Assembly (NCBI GenBank): GCA_041485905.1
Contig: JBGPKK010000003.1
Location: 2,042-66,041 of the forward strand
DNA: 64,000 bases
From: Vicinamibacteria bacterium
Lineage (GTDB): Bacteria; Acidobacteriota; Vicinamibacteria; Vicinamibacterales; CAVVIG01
Direction: 5' to 3'
Part shown: piece after piece, positions 45,332-53,318 of the stretch
How positions within the stretch are numbered: the stretch's first letter is position 1
How the letters are laid out: each line of letters begins with the position of its first letter
Position numbers and translations under genes: made by a program
The notes under the pieces: model-generated
Told to the model about the DNA's origin: nothing
What the model saw: the letters and a program-made list of their open reading frames with translations, nothing else
Database searches by the model: none

Positions 45332-46592
45332 GCACCAGATCGGAGCCCATCTCGCGAAGGACCTCGATTGCGCGGTCCGCGATGAAATGGATGTCCTGTT
45401 CAGTGAGATCGGCGTATACCGAAAACCGCGCAAGGGTGATGCCCTTGGGGATGGCTGGAAACACGAACACGGAGGTGAGTATCCGATGCTCCCTCATGGC
45501 TTCGTAGAAGCGGCACGCCTGCTCATCCCGAAAGAAGATGGAGATGATCTGGCTCGCGCTGCCGGCAGTTCCGATGCCCTGCTGATGCAAACGAGACCTG
45601 AGCAGTTCAGCCATCGCGAGGCAATGCCGCGCTCGCTCCGGCTCGCGGATGACGATCTCCAGCGCCTTCATGTGCCCCGCCGCGAGCACGGCGGAAGTGG
45701 CTGAGCTGAAGAGGACCGGTCGCATACAGGTGCAGAGACTGCGAATCATCTCTTTGCTGCTTGCGACGAACCCTCCGTGTCCCCCCAAGGCCTTGCTCAG
45801 GCTGACGGTTCGAAAATGCACTCGGTCGGCCAGGCCAAGCTCGACGGCAAGTCCTCCTCCCTTCTCGCCGAACATCCCAAAGGAATGTGCCTCGTCGAGG
45901 ATCAGCGTGCAGTCGTATTGCTCGCAGATTTCCACGTAGCGGAGGAGGTCGGGGAGCACGCCGTCGGTGCTGTACAGCGCGTCGATGCACACCAGGCCTG
46001 GTCCATGGATACCGACGCGTTTTTCGAGATGGTCCGGGTCGTTGTGCTTGACGACCACCCGGCGACCTCGCGAGAGGCGAATCCCGTCACTCATGGACGC
46101 GTGGGCGTCCACGTCGATGTAGATCGGCAGGTCCGGCGGAGCGACAGCTTCGATCAGGCCGACATTGGCGGTCCAGCCGGCCGTCGTCAGCACGACGTCG
46201 CCGGCCTGCGTCGACTCACGAAGAAGCGCAACGAAACGCTGGTGCTCCTCGGAGGCGCCGCCAAAGACCGACGAAGAAAACGACTCGATGCGGGGGCGGC
46301 TGTTCGCCTCGCGACGCGCGCGCACGACGTCGGGGTGATTGGCCAGGCGAAGGTAGTCGTTCTGATGCAGCGACAGGAACGCCGTAATGTCAGAGGGCTG
46401 GTCAAAAGGAAACGGCCGGAGACTGTCGATGAACTGCCGGTGTTCCTCGAGGTGGCCCGAAAGCCACGCCGGATACCGCGGGGACCCGGTCTGAGCCCCC
46501 GGGACCTCATCCGGCTGACAGGTGACGTTCAACGGGCCTTCGGAGGGCGGTGACGAGGGCGGTCGCGAGCTCATGGCCTCGGATCTGGACAA
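45318..46592 (-). CDS. alpha-oxoamine synthase family PLP enzyme (BioF/Spt/CqsA-like acyl-thioester : amino acid C-acyltransferase)
   Basis: HQNDYLRLANHP, TTAGWTANVG, DAHASM, ILDEAHSFG, TVSLSKALG (PLP-Lys). HGPGLVCIDALYSTDG resembles the CqsA/LqsA branch as I remember it, but this is not decisive. Confidence 0.88.
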   Translation of the reverse strand: MSRSEAMSSRPPSSPPSEGPLNVTCQPDEVPGAQTGSPRYPAWLSGHLEEHRQFIDSLRPFPFDQPSDITAFLSLHQNDYLRLANHPDVVRARREANSRPRIESFSSSVFGGASEEHQRFVALLRESTQAGDVVLTTAGWTANVGLIEAVAPPDLPIYIDVDAHASMSDGIRLSRGRRVVVKHNDPDHLEKRVGIHGPGLVCIDALYSTDGVLPDLLRYVEICEQYDCTLILDEAHSFGMFGEKGGGLAVELGLADRVHFRTVSLSKALGGHGGFVASSKEMIRSLCTCMRPVLFSSATSAVLAAGHMKALEIVIREPERARHCLAMAELLRSRLHQQGIGTAGSASQIISIFFRDEQACRFYEAMREHRILTSVFVFPAIPKGITLARFSVYADLTEQDIHFIADRAIEVLREMGSDLVHDGG

Positions 46593-46649
46593 CGGCGGGA
46601 GTCGCCGATCGCCGAGCTGATAATACAGGGCGCCCCCCCTTTTGCGAAA

Positions 46650-46913
46650 TCAGCGCACCGGGCTGCGGTTCGATGTGGTCTGAATGAGGGTGATCACGTG
46701 GCCGACCGTTCTTGCGGTGGCCAGCGCATCTTCTGCGAACGTGCGGCCGAGCCTGTCTTCGATATTTCCGAGCATTTCCATGATGCGGATGGAGTCGACC
46801 CCGAGGTCTTTGATTTCCGTGTCGGGATTGAGCCGCGCGAAGCGAGCGGCCTTGTCCGGAGCCACTTCACAGAGCGCATCCCGAATCAGATTCAGGGCGT
46901 CGTCGTCGTCCAT
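46650..46913 (-). CDS. acyl carrier protein
   Basis: 87 aa. DLGVDSIRIMEMLGNIE with the DS phosphopantetheinylation motif. Confidence 0.85.
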   Translation of the reverse strand: MDDDDALNLIRDALCEVAPDKAARFARLNPDTEIKDLGVDSIRIMEMLGNIEDRLGRTFAEDALATARTVGHVITLIQTTSNRSPVR

Positions 46914-46932
46914 AGGTGCTCCTGGCCTTCAT

Positions 46933-49074
46933 TCAGGCAGCGGCGGCGATGCGTTGTGCTGCGTACCGCGCCAGCGCCATGACGGTCAGGGCAATGTTCA
47001 CCGTGATCGGAGACGGAATGACGCTGGCGTCGCAGATCCACAGGTTCTGGACGCCAAACACCTTCATATTGTGATCGACGACGCCGTCGTGCGGCTTCAG
47101 GGCCATCGCGTTTCCGCCCTGCATGTGCGCCGACATCACGCTGATGAAGTCGCTCTGGTCGATGCCGGCAAAGTAGTCGTCGATATCCTCCACGCGCCTC
47201 ACGACCCCGGCATTGAACCTGCTGATGAAGACTTCCTCGGCACCCATCTTGAACATCGCGTGTGCGGTGATCTTCATGCCTTTTGCGAGGCGTCGCCAGT
47301 CTTCATCAATCAGTTTGAAGTCAATCACGAAGCCGCTGTCACCAAGGACACCGCGCCTGATCTCTCCATAAGCCAGCGACGCGAAGACCGGTGTGGCGGT
47401 GATCATGTTGGAGATCCGGCGCAGCCTGCGTTGGAACTCCGGTCCCCAGGCCGGCAGACCGAGGGCGACGAGCCCGGGAGGCGCAAACGCGGTCTCGATG
47501 ATCATCCGCTCCTCGGGCACTTCCACGGCATAGGCGACCTGCTGGGCAAGGAAGGCATCCTGCCGTTCCGGGAACACCCCGATCACCGGCGAACCCACAT
47601 TGACACTGAACCGCCTGCCGACCGTGCGGACACCGGGCACGGCGCCCAGAAATCCGCTGCGCCAGAGCAACTTGGTGGACGCATACGCTCCCGCCGCGAG
47701 AATAAAGCGGTCGGCCTCGATCCGGACCGAACCGCTGCCCTCACCGACATGAATCGCCCGGACCTCGAGGTCCGAGTTCGCGGGTCCCCCAGGCGCGAAC
47801 TCGATCTTGGTCACCCTCGCGTCAGGAACCAGCAGACCGCCATTCCGCACAAATTCGGGGATAAATGTGACCAGCACCGACTGTTTCGCATCGTACTGGC
47901 AGCCCAGGTTGCAACGGCCGCATCCGATGCAATTCAGGGAGTTGGTTGACACTGTGATCGGCTCGAGCACCCGAGCGTACGCGGTGGCGGGGCCCACTCC
48001 CCCCGCGACCAGCTTCGCAAAGCCGTCCCGTACCGTGCGTGCCCCCTTCGAGATGACCCGTTCCTCCATGGGAGTCACGTGCAGGAGCTCGGTGAGCACG
48101 TCGAACTGCCTGTTGAAATCGGCGTAGTCGAGTCTGATGCCAAGATTCTCCCAGCGGCGTTTCAGATCGTCCCACCAGAAACCCGCCGGCCTCAACGCGA
48201 CCGCGTTGTTGACGACGGTGGAGCCGCCCACGCATCGGCCCTGCTGAAACATGAACTGCTGGTCCTTCGACAACGTGATGCCCGCATTCATGTACAGCTG
48301 CGAGAGGGATTCCAACGCCGAGGTCTTGAACTCGTCGTTCGTCACCAGCGGGCCGACTTCGAGCAGGATCACTCGAGCCTTGGGGTTCTCTTCCTGGATC
48401 GTCCGCGCCGCCACCGCGCCTCCGGCTCCTGAGCCGATGACGCAGTAGGTAAGCGACCCGGAGGGCCTGACGGCAACCTCTTGAGGCGACTTCCGGCGCT
48501 CGTGCAGCAGCTTCGACGATTCGGTGCGAGGCGGGTTGCTTAATTCCGGTCCGGAGGGCGGATTCCACGCGCGCTGCACGACAGGCACATATTCCATCGC
48601 GCGCCACAGCCGATCGTCGTCGAGGTAAGCGCTCACCAGCGTGAACTTGAACACGTCAAGAGTGGCGATGGTCTTGACCGTATCGTCTTCTTGTTCGGGA
48701 GCATCTCGGATGAGCATCTGATACATCTGCTCGATCCATGCCGCACGTTTCTCCCGACTCGACGCGAGAAAATGTCCGTGCCCGAGGAAGCTCTTGAATC
48801 CGTACCAGACTTTCACCGCGGCGTGCGCCACACTCGACTTGGGCCACCTCGGAGGCTCATAAAGGGGGAGCAGGGCCAGGGTGCCGATAAACTGCAGGAA
48901 GACCGGGGTGTTCACGCCAGCCAGAAAGCCATCGAGCTTGTTGACGATGGCGCTGCCATCGACTTTAAAGGGGCCGTCTCCATAGCCGAGTATCGATTCG
49001 GCGAAAGCGGCGACGAACGGCTTGTTCGCTTTCCAATAGGCCCATGCCAACAGCCTCGTCAGTTTCTTCAGCAC
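46933..49074 (-). CDS. GMC-family FAD oxidoreductase with about 210-aa N-terminal extension (long-chain alcohol oxidase-like size)
   Basis: FAD motif YCVIGSGAGGAVAARTI about 215 aa into the protein. GGSTVVNNAV. C-terminal MGGNAM...VFGVQNLWICDASVIPS. 713 aa against about 530-560 for ordinary bacterial GMC enzymes. Confidence 0.85.
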   Translation of the reverse strand: MLKKLTRLLAWAYWKANKPFVAAFAESILGYGDGPFKVDGSAIVNKLDGFLAGVNTPVFLQFIGTLALLPLYEPPRWPKSSVAHAAVKVWYGFKSFLGHGHFLASSREKRAAWIEQMYQMLIRDAPEQEDDTVKTIATLDVFKFTLVSAYLDDDRLWRAMEYVPVVQRAWNPPSGPELSNPPRTESSKLLHERRKSPQEVAVRPSGSLTYCVIGSGAGGAVAARTIQEENPKARVILLEVGPLVTNDEFKTSALESLSQLYMNAGITLSKDQQFMFQQGRCVGGSTVVNNAVALRPAGFWWDDLKRRWENLGIRLDYADFNRQFDVLTELLHVTPMEERVISKGARTVRDGFAKLVAGGVGPATAYARVLEPITVSTNSLNCIGCGRCNLGCQYDAKQSVLVTFIPEFVRNGGLLVPDARVTKIEFAPGGPANSDLEVRAIHVGEGSGSVRIEADRFILAAGAYASTKLLWRSGFLGAVPGVRTVGRRFSVNVGSPVIGVFPERQDAFLAQQVAYAVEVPEERMIIETAFAPPGLVALGLPAWGPEFQRRLRRISNMITATPVFASLAYGEIRRGVLGDSGFVIDFKLIDEDWRRLAKGMKITAHAMFKMGAEEVFISRFNAGVVRRVEDIDDYFAGIDQSDFISVMSAHMQGGNAMALKPHDGVVDHNMKVFGVQNLWICDASVIPSPITVNIALTVMALARYAAQRIAAAA

Positions 49075-49313
49075 GGGACACTCTCCGACAGGTCAGATTG
49101 GTTGGGCACGATGTCACCGGCTCACAGTGGCGGCTGAGTCGATTGCAGAGGCGCCGGCAGGCGCGTCGGGGGACCGCGCGACGTCGGCCAGGATAATAGC
49201 ACACGGTTGGACGGCTTCCGCAGCTCGTGGCGAACGATTCCGTGACGCGTCCGATCCGCGACGTCCTCGTCCACCGAGCCTACCTATGGATTAGCGGCCG
49301 GCGGCCGTTCGTT

Positions 49314-50390
49314 TCAGAACGTTCGACGAAACTCTATTCTGATGATGTTGTTGTACCAGTCCGCGGTCGTGAGCGCGTGTCCGTACCCGACGTACACAGA
49401 GCTGCCACCACCGAATGTCGCGCGGCCACCAACTTTCAGGTTGACGATGTTGATGCCGCTTGCGTTGCTCACGGCTGCCGTCTGAAATCCTCCGAGGACG
49501 TGCCAGCCGACCAGCTCAACGATCGGGCCAAACTGGAGACCATCGCCTTGGTACACCTGGAAGCTCGGGCCGACGCCGTAGTACAGAACATCTCCGGCGA
49601 ACTTGTCCGGGCTTGACGTCGGCACTCCCGCCGACCCATTTGTCGGGTGGACATCGCCGATTTCTGATTCGAGCGCGAGGCGATCTGAAAGCGCTTGGTA
49701 GTAGAGCAGCGAGGGTTCGACGCTCCAGTGGTTCGTCCCCAAACCGTTCAAGGCCTTGCCAGATGGCATCCACGCTTGGAACTGCGCCGTGAGGTGGCTG
49801 TCTTCCGACGCCAGCAGGGCCACCTTCACCCCGGCCCGCGCGTCCCCCAATCCGCTCTGATCGGAAAAGCTCCCGCTCCCCGGCGCAAACGCCTGCGGCT
49901 GAAGCCAGCGCAGCGGAACGTCTACGAATCCGGACACGCGGTTGTGCACCGCGTATTCGCCGCGCAGGCGGAGCTCCTGAAAGTTCAAATCGGTCAGGAC
50001 CGCCGGGCCAGGGCCGGCCGCGTTGGGATCGAACGCGGCGTTGGCCTGGGGCAGGCCGCGGTAGCAGCCGCACTTCGCGTAGAAGAACTCCGCGCGATCT
50101 GGAGTGTCAATGTGGAACCCGGAGTCGAATCGAACCCGCACTTGCGACTCGACCGTGCTGTCGTCGACGTACCCGACCATGCTGGGGCGTCGTCGTCCCG
50201 GGTCGGTCGGGGGCGGTGAGGGCGGCCTCCCCTGAGCGAGCGCATTCGACGCCTGCTGGGACGAAGAGGCGGAGCGGAGGGCATCGAGCCAGACGAGGGC
50301 CCCGGTCGCCGGCGCTCCGTCGGCGCTCGTTTCTTGCGCGACTGCGGTCAGGGGCCATAGAAGCACGATCACTGCGACGAGACGTTGCAT
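49314..50390 (-). CDS. outer-membrane beta-barrel protein (MetA-pathway/phenol-degradation-type hydrophobic compound channel-like)
   Basis: Signal peptide MQRLVAVIVLLWPLTAVAQE, alternating beta-strand pattern, C-terminal IRIEFRRTF ending in Phe. GGAGG RBS. Confidence 0.6.
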   Translation of the reverse strand: MQRLVAVIVLLWPLTAVAQETSADGAPATGALVWLDALRSASSSQQASNALAQGRPPSPPPTDPGRRRPSMVGYVDDSTVESQVRVRFDSGFHIDTPDRAEFFYAKCGCYRGLPQANAAFDPNAAGPGPAVLTDLNFQELRLRGEYAVHNRVSGFVDVPLRWLQPQAFAPGSGSFSDQSGLGDARAGVKVALLASEDSHLTAQFQAWMPSGKALNGLGTNHWSVEPSLLYYQALSDRLALESEIGDVHPTNGSAGVPTSSPDKFAGDVLYYGVGPSFQVYQGDGLQFGPIVELVGWHVLGGFQTAAVSNASGINIVNLKVGGRATFGGGSSVYVGYGHALTTADWYNNIIRIEFRRTF

Positions 50391-50423
50391 CGGTTCCTCC
50401 GATTCCCGGTACGGACCGGGCCG

Positions 50424-53318
50424 CTACTGGCGTTGGCTGGTTCCCGGACGCGCCTTTTGCCGAACTTTATCGGATAGCGCCGTCACCGCAGCGCGATCGC
50501 GGGGCGATAGTTCCGGGACCAGGTGTGACAGGCTATCAAGGGCGTCCTGCGCCTCGGCCGGCGATCCCGGAAGAACCCGGTTGACAAGCGCCAGGTAAAC
50601 GCCGAGGGCCCGGGACAAGAGCTGGCGAGGACCTTCGGCGTCTCCAGTCTCCCTGCTCAGAGCCGCCAAGTTTACCAAAAGATCCCCGAAACGGAGTTGG
50701 AATTGCTGAAGGCGCGGCACCGTCGGATCGTTTGCGAGCTTCTCGAACAACGCGAGCGACTCCCGGTATTCGTCTTCCGCACCGCGCGACCCCGCTGACT
50801 GCAGGATCCGGCCCAGGAGGCCGTGCGCATCCGCCTGCTCGATGCCCAGCGACGGCGCGGGGCGAGCCAGATCCTCGAGCAGGTCGATCGCCTGCGCGCT
50901 CCGCTGTCGTGCGGCATCGAAGGCTTTCCTGGTGCGGAGCAGTTCCGCGAGGTTGTTGCAGTACTGGGCGAGCTCCATCTTCGACTCTCGGTTCGTCGGG
51001 TCTGCGGCGACAATACGTTCATCGATCTCGATCGCGCGCGTGAAGAGCGGCTCGACCTCAGCGGCGCGACGATCGTCCTGCGCGAGCAGGCTCGCGAGAT
51101 TGTTGTAGGCCCGCGCCAGTTCCTGGAAGGGCAGCGAATCGGTGGTCTTGCCGGCCAGCGAATCCAGAAGCCGAATCGATTCGCGGAAGTCCGACTCGGC
51201 GCGCTGGAAGTCCGCATCGCCTGGAGTGGCGCTGGAAGCGCGAAGGATGCCCCGGTTGTACAGGGTGCGCGCCAGCTCTTCCTGGTATTTCGCGTTCCGT
51301 GGGCTGTCTCGAACCAGCTGTTGCTGCCGAAGCAAGGCGCTGTCGTAGGCCCTTCCCGCGTCGGCCGCACGGCCGCTCATCGGCCTGAGCGTCTCGCCCA
51401 GCCAGTTCTGGACGTCCGCCAGGGCTTCGCGGTACTCGGCCGTGCGAGGAGAGAGGGCGACGAGGCTTTCGAACGCGGCGATCGCCTGCCGGTATTCCTC
51501 CGCCGCGTTGTCGACCTTCGCGAGCATGCGGCTGATGTGGCCCAGCCGGAGGTGGGCGAAAGCCAGGTCCCTGCGAATGTCCTCGCCGCTCGGCTTCTGC
51601 TGCATCAACGCGACGTAGAAGCGTTCCGCCCTGTTCAGCAACTCCCGGCGGAACTCCTCCATCTGGGGCACGTCCGCGCCGATGCGCGCCGGATCGCGAT
51701 CCGAGGCCGCCAACGTCTGGTCGACCGCGTTTCGGGCCAGCTGGAAGTTGATTTCAGCTCGCGAACTCTCTCTGGACGCCACGTAAGCGAGAGAGGCCGT
51801 GGCGATGAGCAGCGTTCCGAGAACGCCGGCCGCCCACTGCGCGCGCCGGAGCTTGGTCTTTCGCTCCTTCTCGACAGCTGCCTCGACGCGCTGGCGCTCT
51901 CGCTCGCTTCGGAGCAGGAAGTCCATCGCGCGATCCAACGACTCGCCGTACCGCTTCGCCCACGCGGGCGTCGGGTGATTCTCGTCTCTCCAGCGCAATG
52001 CGAGTTCGAGCTCGGGATCGCGCCACAGCCCTGCCGTGCCTTCCTCGCACCACCGGGCGGCCTCCGACAGGCGCACGTAGAAGGCCGCGGCCGTTTGTTC
52101 CTCCTCCGCCCACGCCATCAGACGCGACCAGCACCGCATCAAGCTTTCGTGCGACAGATCGATGATCGCTCGCGAGCTGAGCGGCTTGCCTGGGGGGGGC
52201 ATCAGGAAGCTGCGGCCCCGGGCCCGGAAGATCTCGACGACGCGGATGACCTCGGTTTGATCGATGTCGCAGATCGCGGCAAGCTCGGCGATCGACGTGG
52301 GCCGCCTGACACCGCGCTGATCCGAGAAGCTGTCGGTCAGCGCCTTGAAGATCTGCTCGGCGATCCCTTGCTTGGCTTCGGCGGCGGACTCGGCGTACGC
52401 CTCTTCGGCGTGCATCGAGAGGCAGTTGCGCAACGTGCCGACTTCTTCGTAGTCGACGACGTCGATCGGCTCGCCGGGCTGTGCCCGCCGTTCCCAGTGC
52501 TCCCAGGTTCGCATCAACGCGTGCTGCAGGACCGGAAGCTGGTCCTGATCGGCACCAAGATCGTTGAGCATGCGGACCACAAGGCGCGGTGCAATCGTGG
52601 CGCCGCCGACCGCCACCGGTCCGGTCATGGCCGATCGCAGCTCGTCGCGCGTCATGCGGGGCACGAGGTACTGGCCGGCGTTGACCGCTTCGGGGAGCCC
52701 GATGAACTCCGTGCAGTCGCCGATGAAATCGGACCGCATGGTCAAGACGGCGTAAATTGGAATCTCGTTCTGTCTGGTGGCCTCGAGCAGCAGCTTGACG
52801 AAGGCCGCCGCCTCGTCTCTCGAATTTTCGAACTGCCGACTCCGGTGGAAGCGAAACAGCTCCTCGAACTGATCGACGACGACCAGGAGGTTGTCGTCGC
52901 GCGGAATTTGTGCCTGCCGGACGAGGTCGACAAGCCCGAGCGTGCTGCGGCGGAGCGTGGCGTCGAACAGCACCGCGTTCGTGCTGGCCAGGTCATCGTC
53001 GACTGCGAGGACACCGGGGGCGTCGAGCGCGGCGGCCAGATGGGAGATCGGATCCTCGCCTGGTCGAAACATCGCCACGCGCCAGCTGGTGCCCGCCCGG
53101 GCCATGAAGCCGCTGTGCAGGGATGGAATCAGCCCCGAGCGGACGAGAGACGACTTGCCGCTGCCCGAGGTGCCGACGACCGAGACGAACCGCGTCATCC
53201 GCAGGCGCCGAACCAGATCGTCGGTTTCCTTCTCGCGTCCGAAGAAGAGATGGTCTTCGTCCGGCTCGAACGGGCGCAGTCCGGGAAAAGGATTGAAGAG
53301 CGCGCCGGTCGGACTCAC
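50424..53318 (-). CDS. nSTAND1-type STAND NTPase with central TM helix and C-terminal TPR array
   Basis: N-terminus NPFPGLRPFEPDEDHLFFGRE, Walker A VVGTSGSGKSSLV, Walker B LLVVVDQFEELF, then the helical/wHTH region. A hydrophobic helix WAAGVLGTLLIATASLAYVA follows KERKTKLRRAQ. The last about 430 aa are TPR-like repeats. GTG start overlaps the upstream stop (GTGA). Confidence 0.85.
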   Translation of the reverse strand: MSPTGALFNPFPGLRPFEPDEDHLFFGREKETDDLVRRLRMTRFVSVVGTSGSGKSSLVRSGLIPSLHSGFMARAGTSWRVAMFRPGEDPISHLAAALDAPGVLAVDDDLASTNAVLFDATLRRSTLGLVDLVRQAQIPRDDNLLVVVDQFEELFRFHRSRQFENSRDEAAAFVKLLLEATRQNEIPIYAVLTMRSDFIGDCTEFIGLPEAVNAGQYLVPRMTRDELRSAMTGPVAVGGATIAPRLVVRMLNDLGADQDQLPVLQHALMRTWEHWERRAQPGEPIDVVDYEEVGTLRNCLSMHAEEAYAESAAEAKQGIAEQIFKALTDSFSDQRGVRRPTSIAELAAICDIDQTEVIRVVEIFRARGRSFLMPPPGKPLSSRAIIDLSHESLMRCWSRLMAWAEEEQTAAAFYVRLSEAARWCEEGTAGLWRDPELELALRWRDENHPTPAWAKRYGESLDRAMDFLLRSERERQRVEAAVEKERKTKLRRAQWAAGVLGTLLIATASLAYVASRESSRAEINFQLARNAVDQTLAASDRDPARIGADVPQMEEFRRELLNRAERFYVALMQQKPSGEDIRRDLAFAHLRLGHISRMLAKVDNAAEEYRQAIAAFESLVALSPRTAEYREALADVQNWLGETLRPMSGRAADAGRAYDSALLRQQQLVRDSPRNAKYQEELARTLYNRGILRASSATPGDADFQRAESDFRESIRLLDSLAGKTTDSLPFQELARAYNNLASLLAQDDRRAAEVEPLFTRAIEIDERIVAADPTNRESKMELAQYCNNLAELLRTRKAFDAARQRSAQAIDLLEDLARPAPSLGIEQADAHGLLGRILQSAGSRGAEDEYRESLALFEKLANDPTVPRLQQFQLRFGDLLVNLAALSRETGDAEGPRQLLSRALGVYLALVNRVLPGSPAEAQDALDSLSHLVPELSPRDRAAVTALSDKVRQKARPGTSQRQ

